Source: Phycisphaeraceae bacterium
GTDB lineage: Bacteria; Planctomycetota; Phycisphaerae; Phycisphaerales; Phycisphaeraceae
Direction of reading: 5' to 3'
DNA length: 64,000 nt
Assembly: GCA_963674705.1 (NCBI GenBank)
Contig: OY771506.1
Location: 5,344,001 to 5,408,000 of the forward strand
The notes under the pieces are model-generated. The model made no database searches. It saw only the letters and a program-made list of their open reading frames with translations, and was not told where the DNA came from. The translations under genes were made by a program, and so were the position numbers. Shown piece by piece: positions 50,264 through 61,020 of the stretch. Position 1 is the first letter of the stretch; each line of letters starts with the position of its first letter.

Positions 50264-51712
50264 ATGGATGCCGACCTACGCTATGTCTCCCCGCTAGCCA
50301 GCCGTAACGCCTCGCCTCGGATGCAGGCCATCTGGTCCCCCCGCTTCCGTTTCAGCACCTGGCGTCGGCTGTGGCTCGCTCTGGCCGAGGCGGAACGAGA
50401 GTTGGGCCTGGAGATCAGCGAAGAGCAGGTGGCGGAACTGCGTGCTCATCTAGAAGACATCGACTACGCCAAGGCGGCTGAGTACGAGATGAAACTGCGT
50501 CACGACGTGATGGCCCATGTCCACACGCTCGGTGATGCCGCCCCCAAAGCCCGGCCGATCATCCACCTCGGCGCGACCAGCCAGTTCGTCAACTGCAACA
50601 CCGAACTGATCCAGACGCGCGACGCACTGACCATCATTGCCGAGAAGCTGGCGGTCGCTATCGATCGACTGAGCAAGTTTGCGCTTAAGTACAAAGACCT
50701 GCCCACGCTCGGTTTCACCCACTTCCAACCGGCCCAGCCGACAACCGTCGGCAAACGTGCGGCAGGTTGGGCGCAGGATCTAGCGCTTGCCTTAGAGGAA
50801 GTCGAACACCGGATTGCGTCGCTACGCTTCCGTGGCGTCAAAGGTACAACCGGCACACAGGCATCGTTCCTCGCACTGTTCGGTGGCAACACGCCCGTAG
50901 CACACGACAAGGTCGAGAAACTCGATCGCCTTGTTACTGAGAAGATGGGCTGGTCGATAGACAAACGCTTCGCGGTGACAGGCCAAACGTATCCACGTGT
51001 CGTTGATGGCATGGTGGTCGCCAGCCTGGCTGCGGTTGCAAGCGCTGCGCAAAAGTTCGCCACCGATGTCCGCCTGCTCGCCAACCGAAAAGAAATCGAA
51101 GAGCCCTTCGAGAAGAACCAGATCGGCTCATCCGCGATGGCATACAAGCGTAACCCGATGCGCTGCGAGCGGATCTGCGGGCTATCACGCTTTGTCATCG
51201 GTATGACTCAGACACCTTTCGTCACCGCTGCGGAGCAATGGCTCGAACGCACGCTTGACGATTCCAGCGCCCGCCGACTGACGCTGCCCGAGCCGTTCCT
51301 CGCGCTCGACGGCGTCCTTGAATTACTTGTTAACGTTACCTCCGGCCTGGTCGTCTACGAAAAGACGATCGCCGCGAACCTCGCTGCTGAACTACCTTTC
51401 ATGGCAACCGAAAACATCCTGATGGCTGCTGTGCAGGCCGGTGGCGATCGACAGGAGCTGCACGAAGTGATCCGCACGCACAGCCAGGCAGCGGCCCAGC
51501 GCGTCAAGGCCGAGGGAGCGTCGAACGATCTGCTGGATCGGCTGCGTGATGAGCCCGCATTCAAGGATGTCGACCTGAACGCAGCATTAGAACCGTCGCA
51601 ATTCGTCGGCCGGGCGCCGCAGCAGGTGGAAGCCTTCATCGCAGAGGTCGTCGAACCGATCCGCAAACGTTATGAGCAGGCGTTGAGTTATGAAGCGTCA
51701 CTGAGCGTGTAA
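50264..51712 (+). CDS. purB: Adenylosuccinate lyase
   Basis: [23 protein letters not shown] and [11 protein letters not shown] motifs. Confidence 0.95.
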   Translation: MDADLRYVSPLASRNASPRMQAIWSPRFRFSTWRRLWLALAEAERELGLEISEEQVAELRAHLEDIDYAKAAEYEMKLRHDVMAHVHTLGDAAPKARPIIHLGATSQFVNCNTELIQTRDALTIIAEKLAVAIDRLSKFALKYKDLPTLGFTHFQPAQPTTVGKRAAGWAQDLALALEEVEHRIASLRFRGVKGTTGTQASFLALFGGNTPVAHDKVEKLDRLVTEKMGWSIDKRFAVTGQTYPRVVDGMVVASLAAVASAAQKFATDVRLLANRKEIEEPFEKNQIGSSAMAYKRNPMRCERICGLSRFVIGMTQTPFVTAAEQWLERTLDDSSARRLTLPEPFLALDGVLELLVNVTSGLVVYEKTIAANLAAELPFMATENILMAAVQAGGDRQELHEVIRTHSQAAAQRVKAEGASNDLLDRLRDEPAFKDVDLNAALEPSQFVGRAPQQVEAFIAEVVEPIRKRYEQALSYEASLSV

Positions 51713-51771
51713 TTGATGATAATCAGCCTGCTCCCGGGAACCTTTGTGTTGTACCGGCCGTAGTTACCTCG

Positions 51772-52743
51772 ATGTCAGAACTAAAGAAAACCAGGTGGCA
51801 ACGCATTACCCGGCTTCTTGTCGGTGTTCTGTGGTTTGCCAGCGTTATGACGGTACTGGGCCTGGCGGTACGCATGACCATCCGCGATCGCTTGCCTGTT
51901 TTTTCTATCCTGTACTATGCAACGCCGCTAATGGTGCTGACGTTTGGCGGTCTTTTTTCTACCGCAGGTTGGCTCATACGCCGGCGCTGGAAAATAACTG
52001 TCGGTTTCCTCATCATCACATTATTTTCGGGCTACCTGACGTTTGATCAGTGTTACGTCTATCGCAGTAGAGAAATCAAGGCAACGAACCTTCGGGTGTT
52101 GTTCTGGAATCCGGCCCGCGGCAGCGTGCAGGGCTTGAGAGCGGCCGCGGATGCTGCCAATAACTACCAGGCGGATCTGATCGGCATCGTCGAAGGCGGC
52201 GCTCGTGGTCGAGATGACAACAACGCTGCTTGGGACGGCGCACTGCCGGACTATAACTCAAGCCGTTTACATGCGGGGTTGGTTATCTTGACGAAAGGAA
52301 CGGTCAACAGCAGCGAAATGCATATATTGCCCGGCAGAGGCAAGGTGCTGATCGCTGAGGTTGTCATTCATGAACAGCCACTGACGGTCGCTGTCGTTGA
52401 CTTCGACGCGAATGTCTTTCTATCGCGCAGGGCGGCCATTGATGAGCTGATGAATCAACTTGACCAATCCGCCAAATTACCGGACATCATCATGGGGGAC
52501 TTCAATACGCCGGGTGATTCGGTTGCGATGGATGTGCTTCGCGATCGATACACCAACGCGTTCGACACCTGTGGCAATGGTTACAAACCGACCTGGCCTG
52601 TGCCAATGCCGGTACTGCAACTGGACCATATCTGGCTCGGGCCAAAGATCTGGGGCGCAAAGTGTGAGGCAGGCTGGACAACGCTATCCGACCACCGCCC
52701 GCTTATACTCGAAGCATATCTCGAACATGGGAATGATGACTGA
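51772..52743 (+). CDS. Membrane-anchored endonuclease/exonuclease/phosphatase family protein
   Basis: N-terminal TM helices; LRVLFWN, MGDFNTP, LDHIW and SDHRP motifs. Confidence 0.88.
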   Translation: MSELKKTRWQRITRLLVGVLWFASVMTVLGLAVRMTIRDRLPVFSILYYATPLMVLTFGGLFSTAGWLIRRRWKITVGFLIITLFSGYLTFDQCYVYRSREIKATNLRVLFWNPARGSVQGLRAAADAANNYQADLIGIVEGGARGRDDNNAAWDGALPDYNSSRLHAGLVILTKGTVNSSEMHILPGRGKVLIAEVVIHEQPLTVAVVDFDANVFLSRRAAIDELMNQLDQSAKLPDIIMGDFNTPGDSVAMDVLRDRYTNAFDTCGNGYKPTWPVPMPVLQLDHIWLGPKIWGAKCEAGWTTLSDHRPLILEAYLEHGNDD

Positions 52744-52759
52744 TTGGCACGAGTCACAA

Positions 52760-53161
52760 TCAACTCCAATACACACGTATCGTGACTTTTGTGCCGCTTT
52801 CATCCACCCTGACCTCTGCAAACTGCGCACCGCCGCCGGGTTGTATCTGATAGACGCGTGAACCATGCTCCACTTCAACAGTAGCATCCCTGGTCCCTTT
52901 AGATGAAGCGAGCCAGGTTTCGATATCCTGACGCGGCGCTTCGAACGATATGACAAACTCACGTGTGAACATACTCCCTCTTACATCAACGTTTATCGAT
53001 GTAACCGAGGCAGGCAACGGATCGACACGGGCCCATTCTTGCGTGATTTGTATAGCCTGAGCACGTGAAAAGACGCGATACCCAAAAGCTAAACCACCGA
53101 TAGCGATCAGCATCGCCAGCAATATGTAGAGCTTTTTTCGTCCGGAAGGTTTCATGCTCAA
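52760..53161 (-). CDS. Hypothetical membrane-anchored protein
   Basis: N-terminal TM helix; overlaps the nadA stop codon. Confidence 0.6.
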   Translation of the reverse strand: MSMKPSGRKKLYILLAMLIAIGGLAFGYRVFSRAQAIQITQEWARVDPLPASVTSINVDVRGSMFTREFVISFEAPRQDIETWLASSKGTRDATVEVEHGSRVYQIQPGGGAQFAEVRVDESGTKVTIRVYWS

Positions 53162-54348
53162 ACCCGCAGTGACTTGCTGCTGCTTTTGCCTGCCGCTGTG
53201 ATATCCAGCATCCGCTGAAGCGCGAGGACTGCTTGTTTACGCGCTTCAGGATGAACCGTAATCCGATTAATCACCTTGCCTTCGGCAAGATTATCCAGCA
53301 CAAACAGCAGGTGCGGCATATCGATGCGGTACATCGTCGTGCATAGACACTGACACTCCGAAAGCATCCGGACGTGCACGCCGCGTTTTTTCGCTTCATT
53401 TGCCACGCGGTTCACAAGGTGGACTTCCGTGCCGATGGCCCAGTACGTGCCCGCTTCCGCATTCTCAATCGCCTTGATGATGCCTTCGGTCGAGCCGGTC
53501 GAGTCTGCTTTCTGGCAAACCTCATACCGACACTCGGGGTGTGTGATCACATGAATGTTCGGCTGCTCGGCGCGTGCCTGATCGACGTGCTCCGGCCGGA
53601 AGAGCATGTGCACCGAGCAATGCCCCTTCCAGAGGATGTAGGTCGCGTTCAGCAACGTCTCTTCAACGTTGCCGCCGAGGATATCCGGATCGTGTGGGTC
53701 CCAGACGCAACAGGCGGTCGTAACATCCGCCCCCATCTGCGCGGCCGTGTTGCGCCCCAGATGCTGGTCGGGCAGGAACAGAATCTTAACTTCTTCGCTT
53801 TCAACTAAAGGCGTATCACCGCCGGCAAGCGCCCACTCAAAAATGCGGTCGCAGTTGCTGCTCGTGCAGACCGCCCCGCCGTGCTCGCCGCAGAACGCCT
53901 TGATTGCGGCCGTCGAATTCATGTAGCAGATCGGGATGATCCGCACTTTCTTGCCCGACTTGTCATAGAGCGAGACAAGTTGCTCCCACGCATCCACCGT
54001 CTGCTCGTAGTCGGCCATATCCGCCATCGAACAACCCGCACCGAGGTCCGGCAATATCACCTGCACGTTTTCATCGGTGAGGATGTCCGCCGTCTCCGCC
54101 ATGAAGTGCACGCCGGCGAAGATGACATACTTCGCGCCGGTCTCCTTCACGCGCTCGGCTGCAAGCTGGCTGAGCTTGAAGCTGTCGCCCGTAAAGTCGG
54201 CAAACTGGATCACCTCATCCTGCTGATAGTGATGACCCAGGATGACCAGGTCCTTGCCCAGTTCCGCCCGTCGCGCAGCGATCGCCCCGGCGAGCTGTTC
54301 GTCGGTCATTTCACTGTACTTATCAGGCAAAGGCGGCTGCCAGAGCAT
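53158..54348 (-). CDS. nadA: Quinolinate synthase
   Basis: ILGHHYQ, GDSFKL, GVHFMAET, AGCSMA, FLPDQHLG, GHCSVH, HPEC and GST motifs. Confidence 0.95.
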   Translation of the reverse strand: MLWQPPLPDKYSEMTDEQLAGAIAARRAELGKDLVILGHHYQQDEVIQFADFTGDSFKLSQLAAERVKETGAKYVIFAGVHFMAETADILTDENVQVILPDLGAGCSMADMADYEQTVDAWEQLVSLYDKSGKKVRIIPICYMNSTAAIKAFCGEHGGAVCTSSNCDRIFEWALAGGDTPLVESEEVKILFLPDQHLGRNTAAQMGADVTTACCVWDPHDPDILGGNVEETLLNATYILWKGHCSVHMLFRPEHVDQARAEQPNIHVITHPECRYEVCQKADSTGSTEGIIKAIENAEAGTYWAIGTEVHLVNRVANEAKKRGVHVRMLSECQCLCTTMYRIDMPHLLFVLDNLAEGKVINRITVHPEARKQAVLALQRMLDITAAGKSSSKSLRV

Positions 54349-54473
54349 GGTCGGCTCCTTGGGTCGGATGAAACACCATATTATAGGCGAGATTGGGATG
54401 TGGGGTGCAGGGAATCATACCGGGATGTGAGGCCCCCGATTGAACATCCCACATCGAACATTGAACATCTACA

Positions 54474-56369
54474 TCATCCCGTCCCGCTGAGCCGCCGCAC
54501 CGTGTGGTCGAATCCCTTGACCATCGACTGCAGCATGGCCCAGACAAAGCCGGCATAAATTGCAGTTGTAATCAGGGAAGCAAAGACGAGTGAGACACGT
54601 CCCGCGCCGGGATTATCGATGAAGTTAGCAACACTGTTCCAAGGGTCTACGATCATCAGTAGATTCGTCACCGGGCTCAGGCCGTTCATCACAGGCCCAA
54701 CAAGCGGGATGTTGCTGGCAGCACTGACGCCGCACAACCCCATTACCAGCGCCAAGCCGCCGATGATGCCGACCGATGGCACGACCGCACCGAGCACACC
54801 CTTGGCGCGGATCGAAAAGTACATCCCGATCATCACACACGCCGCCACGAAAGGCACGAGCATGAAGAGGTACAGCAGAAATGCCTCCGGCAGCATCAAT
54901 AACGGATAACGCACGGCGGTTGTTCCACCTTGGGTCACAGCAGCAACACGCACCGTCGCCTGGTCCCACTCAAACACATAATGGCCGAGTACCGCGTACA
55001 GGCTGGCTAAGAAAACGGTGATGATCGGAGCCGCCAGCAGCAGAGACAGGAAACTGACCAGCCCGCGCAGCTTACCCCAGATGTATTGCCTCGGTGAGGT
55101 CGGCGTCGTCAGCAATAGATCGAGCGTGCCATCCTCTCGCTCCCGACTCACACAACCGGCGCTCATATACAAAGCCACCAGTGTGATAACGGATACTTCC
55201 AGCAACAACAACGCAAACAGCGCTCGCTGAAACATCTCCGCCGACGAGGTATTCGGCAGCTTCGGAAGCATGTCGATGTGATGCAGGAAGATCAGCATCA
55301 CCCCCAGCAGCAGGCCGATGACGGTAAATCCCGTGCGAGCAAAGAAACCTGCGACACCCCGGCCGCGCGTCGCCGCTTCACGCCAGGCGATCGGGTTGGC
55401 CCAGACTTCACGCGCCGGCCGCCGCCGCTCTCCGCCGGACTCAACAGGCAGCCGCAATTGCTCCTTCAGCCACCGAATGAATACCCATTCGCCCTGCCCG
55501 ATCCGACGCAGCAGAACCGCACAGAACAGGATCTGGACAACACTCAGCAGCGTCGTGATCGTTGCAAAAGCAGCAAACGGTTTTGACAGGTAAAACCGGA
55601 TCACCGCCGGGTAATCCATCAACGTCTCCGGGGCCGGCGGCTGGTAGTTCGCACTGTTCAGCGATGCCTCGAGCACCAGTAACGGATGAAGCCCCGTCAG
55701 CCAGGTGGTGTTCTTGTTCGGATCGAACTTCCTCAACAATCCCACATCCAGCAGATACGCACCGATCAGGTACGCCGCGATGATGATCACAAAGCTGAAC
55801 ACCGCCTTGCGTCCGCCTACCCGCAATACAGACATCGTCACTGCCACGGTGCCCACGATCATGGCCGTGCATGCCGCGACCGAGAAACTGACCACGACCG
55901 ACCACACCGGCACACCACCGAAGATCAGCAACACCGCATACAACGGCAAGCCGCTCAGAAGCAGCGCCAGGATGAAGAACAACCTGCCGAATAGCGATCC
56001 CAGGACGATCTGAAGATTGGATAGCGGCGTCGTCAGCAGGATGTTGTACGTCTGCCCGGCTCGCTCCTGCCCGATCGCCGCAGCCATAAAAAGTGGCGAC
56101 AGCAGACAGACCAGCACGATCTGCCCGTAGCTGATGATCGCGAACACCCACGTCCCGCTCTTGGCGAGGTCCGTCAGGCTCATTTCCCCACCCATGCCGC
56201 TGCCGGGCCGAAGCAGACCGATAAGCATCAGCAGCACCAGCGCCCCGAGATAGCCCATGCGCACCCACAGATGCTGGGTCCGTTGCGACCCACCCTGCAC
56301 GATCCGGACCACCATCGGGTTCCCCGGGATCAGATGCCACAACCACATGTACACGGCACGCATACACAC
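54474..56369 (-). CDS. ABC-type transporter permease-like multi-pass membrane protein (planctomycete type, duplicated module)
   Basis: Two copies of the ER..T.+.LLTTP..I+.G motif; NPIAWRE; many TM helices. Confidence 0.75.
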   Translation of the reverse strand: MCMRAVYMWLWHLIPGNPMVVRIVQGGSQRTQHLWVRMGYLGALVLLMLIGLLRPGSGMGGEMSLTDLAKSGTWVFAIISYGQIVLVCLLSPLFMAAAIGQERAGQTYNILLTTPLSNLQIVLGSLFGRLFFILALLLSGLPLYAVLLIFGGVPVWSVVVSFSVAACTAMIVGTVAVTMSVLRVGGRKAVFSFVIIIAAYLIGAYLLDVGLLRKFDPNKNTTWLTGLHPLLVLEASLNSANYQPPAPETLMDYPAVIRFYLSKPFAAFATITTLLSVVQILFCAVLLRRIGQGEWVFIRWLKEQLRLPVESGGERRRPAREVWANPIAWREAATRGRGVAGFFARTGFTVIGLLLGVMLIFLHHIDMLPKLPNTSSAEMFQRALFALLLLEVSVITLVALYMSAGCVSREREDGTLDLLLTTPTSPRQYIWGKLRGLVSFLSLLLAAPIITVFLASLYAVLGHYVFEWDQATVRVAAVTQGGTTAVRYPLLMLPEAFLLYLFMLVPFVAACVMIGMYFSIRAKGVLGAVVPSVGIIGGLALVMGLCGVSAASNIPLVGPVMNGLSPVTNLLMIVDPWNSVANFIDNPGAGRVSLVFASLITTAIYAGFVWAMLQSMVKGFDHTVRRLSGTG

Positions 56370-56452
56370 ATGATACCAGCCCGGAGCCGATCCGGTATGC
56401 CCTCAAGCCTGCCCACGTGCCCCGGCAGACGGATCGCGGTATCCTACGGTCT

Positions 56453-57190
56453 GTGTTTATTCTCAAAGCGAACAATCTGGTCAAGACTTACAGCGGGCGG
56501 ACCGTCGTCAATGATGTGTCCTACCACGTTTCGGAAGGCGAAATCGTCGGCCTGCTCGGGCGAAACGGGGCCGGCAAAACCACCAGCTTCCGTATGACGA
56601 TCGGCATGATCACCCCCGACAAGGGCGAGGTGATCTTCAACGGCCAGGAAGTCACCAAGCTGCCCATGTACCAGCGGGCCCAGCGAGGCCTGGGTTACCT
56701 GTCACAAGAGCCCAGTATCTTCCAAAGGCTGACTATCGAGCAGAACCTCATGGCCATCCTCGAAACACGCCGGTTGACCCGCGCCCAGCGCAAGAAACGG
56801 GCTGAGGAACTCATGGCCCAGTTCGATCTGACCAAGATCCGCAAGCAACACGCCCGCCTCTGCTCCGGCGGCGAAAAACGCAAACTCGAAATCGCCCGCG
56901 CCCTGATCACCGAGCCGACGTTGATCCTCCTGGATGAGCCCTTCTCAGGCGTGGACCCCGTCGCCGTGGAGGAATTACAGGTCGAGATCCGTCGCCTGCG
57001 CGATGCCGGCATCTCCGTGCTAGTCACCGATCACAACGTGCAACGAACGCTCGAGATCGTCGATCGGGCTTATGTGATTTTTGAAGGCAGTGTGTTCGCC
57101 GAAGGCACGCCCAAACAGATCATCAACGATGAACAAGTCCGCAAACTCTACCTCGGCTCCACTTTCAAGGGTGACGAATTCGACAATTAG
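56453..57190 (+). CDS. lptB: LPS export ABC transporter ATP-binding protein (start uncertain)
   Basis: GEIVGLLGRNGAGKTTSF, LPMYQRA, YLSQEPSIF, LLDEPFSGVDP, TDHNV and LYLG motifs. Confidence 0.9.
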   Translation: MFILKANNLVKTYSGRTVVNDVSYHVSEGEIVGLLGRNGAGKTTSFRMTIGMITPDKGEVIFNGQEVTKLPMYQRAQRGLGYLSQEPSIFQRLTIEQNLMAILETRRLTRAQRKKRAEELMAQFDLTKIRKQHARLCSGGEKRKLEIARALITEPTLILLDEPFSGVDPVAVEELQVEIRRLRDAGISVLVTDHNVQRTLEIVDRAYVIFEGSVFAEGTPKQIINDEQVRKLYLGSTFKGDEFDN

Positions 57191-57217
57191 TACCAACAGG
57201 ATGGGTTTGCCTGAATA

Positions 57218-57237
57218 AGCCGCTTGCGGCTCAGCGC
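57218..57237. repeat. REP-like hairpin, family C
   Basis: agccgcttgcggctcagcgc, 1 mismatch to the 12879 copy. Confidence 0.7.
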
Positions 57238-57245
57238 ACGCACCT

Positions 57246-58127
57246 ATGATTCAACCGATGCCGAAACGTAAGCCACAACCTAAAACCAAATCCTCCCCGG
57301 CCACCGACCCGGATCGTGGCGTCCGTCTGCATAAAGCCATGGCAGATGCAGGTGTTGCATCGCGTCGTGATAGCGAAGAACTCATTTTGCAAGGTCGGGT
57401 CAAGGTCAACGGCCAGGTCGTCAAGAAACTGCCCGCATGGGTCGACCCATCCACCGACAAGATTACTGTCGACGGCGAACCCATCCGCAAACCTCGCAAG
57501 CAACGCCGAAGTGCCGCCAAGACCTACATCATGGTCAACAAACCCAAGCGGGTCATCAGCACAAACGATGATCCCGACGGCCGAAAGCGCGTGATCGACC
57601 TGATCGATATCCCGATCAACGACCGCCTGTATCCCGTGGGCCGACTGGACTCCGAATCCACGGGCCTGATCCTGCTGACCAATGACGGGGACCTGACCCA
57701 TCGTCTGACCCACCCCAGCTTTGAAGTCTCCAAGCGCTATCACGTTACGGTTCAGGGCAGGCTGACCGAGGATGATGTTGCCAAGCTGCGAAAAGGCATG
57801 CACCTTGCGCACAAAGGCAAACCCGGTGGCGCAGGTGCAAATGTCCGTCTGGCTGCGGCTGCAACCGTCAAAATCCTCGGCATCGAAACCGATCGGCAGC
57901 GCGGCGACCGCACGAAACTCAGCATCACGCTCAAAGAAGGCCAGAACCGCGAGGTCCGTCGTATCCTCGCCCGGCTAGGTCACAAAGTGCGCTCACTTCA
58001 CCGCGTCGCTATCGGTAAACTTAAACTTAAGGGCCTGGCGATCGGTGAGTGGCGTATGCTCACATCAACCGAAGTCAGTATGCTCTACAAAGAGGCGGGC
58101 ATAAAGCCCAACGGTAATAAACGGTAA
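57246..58127 (+). CDS. rRNA pseudouridine synthase, RsuA/RluB family
   Basis: S4 domain (GVASRR), NKPK, PVGRLD, LLTNDG and EGQNREVRR motifs. Confidence 0.92.
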   Translation: MIQPMPKRKPQPKTKSSPATDPDRGVRLHKAMADAGVASRRDSEELILQGRVKVNGQVVKKLPAWVDPSTDKITVDGEPIRKPRKQRRSAAKTYIMVNKPKRVISTNDDPDGRKRVIDLIDIPINDRLYPVGRLDSESTGLILLTNDGDLTHRLTHPSFEVSKRYHVTVQGRLTEDDVAKLRKGMHLAHKGKPGGAGANVRLAAAATVKILGIETDRQRGDRTKLSITLKEGQNREVRRILARLGHKVRSLHRVAIGKLKLKGLAIGEWRMLTSTEVSMLYKEAGIKPNGNKR

Positions 58128-58144
58128 CCCCCCGGTAACCACCC

Positions 58145-58786
58145 ATGTCTATCGACGCGATCAGAGAAAACTACGACTACCCCCCCTTCCTTGAAAACGA
58201 TGTCCACGACGATCCGATCGAGCAGTTCCGGCAGTGGTTTGAAGAAGCCTGGCGAAGCGATGCACGCCAGCCAAATGCCATGACATTGGCGACCTGCTCT
58301 AGGGATGGCACCCCTTCCGCTCGCGTTGTGCTGCTCAAAGGCTTCGATCACAAAGGCTTCGTCTTTTTCACCAACTACCAAAGCGCCAAAGCGGCAGACC
58401 TGGATGAAAACCCAAAGGCAACGCTTGTTTTCTATTGGCCACAGTTGTCACGCACTGTACGAATCAGCGGCTCGGTCGAAAAAGTCAGTCGGGAAGAGAC
58501 CGATGCCTACTTCATATCCCGGCCGCGCGACAGCCAACTCGGGGCATGGGCGTCAAACCAGAGCAGCGTGATCAAAAACCGGGAAGTGCTGCAAAAACAG
58601 TTCGAGCAAGCCAAGCAACGTTACGATAGCCAGGATGTCCCCACCCCGCCTCACTGGGGCGGTTATCGCGTTAAACCCAAATCGGTCGAATTCTGGCAGG
58701 GCCAGGCCAACCGCCTGCATGATCGGCTTCGCTACGTGCAGGACGGGGACCGTAAAATATGGCGTCTGCAGCGGCTGGCGCCCTGA
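58145..58786 (+). CDS. pdxH: Pyridoxamine 5'-phosphate oxidase
   Basis: NAMTLAT, RVVLLK, FFTNY.S.K, HWGGY, EFWQG..RLHDR and RLAP motifs. Confidence 0.95.
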   Translation: MSIDAIRENYDYPPFLENDVHDDPIEQFRQWFEEAWRSDARQPNAMTLATCSRDGTPSARVVLLKGFDHKGFVFFTNYQSAKAADLDENPKATLVFYWPQLSRTVRISGSVEKVSREETDAYFISRPRDSQLGAWASNQSSVIKNREVLQKQFEQAKQRYDSQDVPTPPHWGGYRVKPKSVEFWQGQANRLHDRLRYVQDGDRKIWRLQRLAP

Positions 58787-58870
58787 TTCTTGAAGTTTAG
58801 ACTTGCATCACAGCCCGTGAATGCACACAATCGCATGGCTGTGTAAGACAACATAGAAAGGTTGTGCGTT

Positions 58871-60262
58871 ATGTCATTACTCATCAAGAACGGCCGAATC
58901 ATCACCGCTATCAACGACTTCACCGGTGACATTCTTTGCGAGGGTGAGTCTATCAAGCAGATCGGCTCGAAACTGCAAGCCCCCGCCGACGCTCAAGTCA
59001 TCGACGCGACCGGTAAATACGTCTTCCCCGGCTTCATCGATCCACATGTCCACATCTACCTGCCCTTCATGGGGACCTACTCCAAGGACGACCACGCCTC
59101 GGGCAGCCGCGCAGCACTCGTCGGTGGCACGACTACTTTTATTGAAATGTGTTGCCCGGCACGCACCGAAGAACCCGCCGAAGCATTTGAACTCTGGAAC
59201 TCCAAAGCCGAAGCGGGCGCTGCCTGCGACTACTCGTTCCACATGGGCGTCACACGCTACGATGAATCCGTCGAAAAACAGATGCGACAACTCGTCGCTG
59301 ACGGCATGTCATCGTTTAAAATATTCCTGGCTTACAAAGGTGCGTTCGGCGTCAGCGATATCGAACTCTATAACACGCTCAAACTCGCCAAGGAACTGGG
59401 CGTCGTCGTAACCGCCCACTGTGAAAACGCAGACCTGGTCGCATCCAAACAAGCCGAACTCGTCGCCGAGGGTAAACTTGGACCGGAATGGCACGAGCCT
59501 TCGAGGCCGGTCAGCGTCGAAGCCGACGGCGTGCATCACTTCTGCACGTTCCTGGAAAGCACCGGCGCGAAGGGTTACATCGTCCACACAAGCAACCGCC
59601 TGGCCGTCGAAAACGCGGTGGCTGCGCAGAAACGTGGCGTGGATGTCAAGGTCGAAACCGTGATCCCCTACCTCATCATCGACGACACCTACGCACAGAA
59701 GCCGGACTTCGAGGGCGCGAAGTATGTGATGAGCCCGCCTGTCCGTTCCAAGGAACATCAGAATTTTCTCTGGAAAGCACTGGCCGACGGCCGAATCGAT
59801 ACCGTCGCGACCGATCACGCCCCGTTCGACTTCGTGGGCCAAAAAGATATGGGACACCCCGCCCGCGGCTCCGACTTCACCAAGATCCCCAACGGCATCC
59901 CCTCCATCGAAGAACGCGTCAAACTGCTGTATACCTACGGCGTCTGTGAAAACAAGATCAGCCTGAACCAGTTCGTCGCCCTGGCATCAACCAACACCGC
60001 AAAAATCTTCCACCTTCCTAACAAGGGTGACATCGCCGAAGGCGCCGACGCAGACCTCGTCATCTTCGACCCCGAATACCGCGGCAAGATCACCGCCGAA
60101 ACCCAGGAAATGAATGTCGACTACTCGGGCTTCGAAGGCATCCCCATCAAGGGCCGCCCCGAAACCGTCACCGTCCGCGGCAAAATCCAAGTGCGCGATG
60201 GGAAGTTCGTCGGTGATCAGACGTACGGCAAACTGCTGCGCCGCAAGACAGCAAACCAATAA
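58871..60262 (+). CDS. hydA: Dihydropyrimidinase (D-hydantoinase)
   Basis: PGFIDPHVH, GGTTT, SFKIF, AHCEN, MSPP, ATDHAPF and KIPNG motifs. Confidence 0.92.
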   Translation: MSLLIKNGRIITAINDFTGDILCEGESIKQIGSKLQAPADAQVIDATGKYVFPGFIDPHVHIYLPFMGTYSKDDHASGSRAALVGGTTTFIEMCCPARTEEPAEAFELWNSKAEAGAACDYSFHMGVTRYDESVEKQMRQLVADGMSSFKIFLAYKGAFGVSDIELYNTLKLAKELGVVVTAHCENADLVASKQAELVAEGKLGPEWHEPSRPVSVEADGVHHFCTFLESTGAKGYIVHTSNRLAVENAVAAQKRGVDVKVETVIPYLIIDDTYAQKPDFEGAKYVMSPPVRSKEHQNFLWKALADGRIDTVATDHAPFDFVGQKDMGHPARGSDFTKIPNGIPSIEERVKLLYTYGVCENKISLNQFVALASTNTAKIFHLPNKGDIAEGADADLVIFDPEYRGKITAETQEMNVDYSGFEGIPIKGRPETVTVRGKIQVRDGKFVGDQTYGKLLRRKTANQ

Positions 60263-60275
60263 ACATCACGACTAT

Positions 60276-60324
60276 CCGAGCCGCCGTGCCCTCACGGCGG
60301 TCCGCGTCGAGGGCGACGTGGCTC
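60276..60324. repeat. Left REP doublet flanking the RAYT gene
   Basis: 49-bp imperfect inverted repeat (4 mismatches) of 60834-60882; internal hairpin ccgccgtg-ccct-cacggcgg. Confidence 0.85.
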
Positions 60325-60344
60325 AAACATCCAGGGGATTAGCC

Positions 60345-60866
60345 GTGTCTGACAGACCACTGGCCTATCACATTACGTTCGGGACCTACGGAACCCGTCT
60401 CCACGGCGATCCTCGCGGTACTGTTGACAAGACTCACAATAAACCTGGCGATCCGATCGTCGGTCAGAATGACGACTGGTTTCAGATCGAGTCGTCCAGT
60501 TTGAATGACCAACCCGTCATGCTTGATCACGCAGATCGAATACGAATCGAATGCGCGATTGAAGACGTATGCGACAAAGGGAACTGGCATTTACATATCG
60601 CTGCATGTCAATCGAATCACGTGCATGTGCTGCTTACATCGATCGACGACGGCATACTCACACGCCGGCTTCTCAAACGCTGGCTCACTGAATTGCTAGA
60701 AGACACCGCCGAAATGAATCTTAAGAATCCGGTTCGCTGGTGGGCCAAGGAGGGAAGTGTCAAGTGGGTCTGGGATCAACGCTACCTGGAGAACGTGTAT
60801 TGGTATATCGCTGAGCAACGGACAACTCCAACAGAGCCGCGTCGCCCCCGACGCGGTCCGCCGTGA
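60345..60866 (+). mobile_element. HUH Y1 (IS200/RAYT-like) REP-associated tyrosine transposase
   Basis: AYHITFGTYG..LHGD.RG, NHVHVLL (HUH), WWAKEG and YI..Q (catalytic Tyr region) motifs; flanked by inverted palindromes. Confidence 0.8.
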
Positions 60867-60987
60867 GGGCACGGTGGCTCGGAACAGGTGCGTGATATAC
60901 TCGCATCAAATATCGGTTGTGCTTGAGCGTATTGAATGCATGCCGAAGTCGTTGACTTCGGTCCGCCGTGAGGGCACGGCGGCTCGG
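60834..60987. repeat. Right REP doublet (60834-60882) plus a third REP copy (60960-60987)
   Basis: ggtccgccgtgagggcacgg(t/c)ggctcgg occurs twice. Confidence 0.85.
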
Positions 60988-61020
60988 TTTTTATATTCGA
61001 CCTCCCGACATCGTAAAAAC

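Noticed and set aside
55441..56484. 347-aa - strand ORF
   Set aside because: Alternative frame overlapping the permease, with Ala/Gly/Arg-rich non-protein-like composition.
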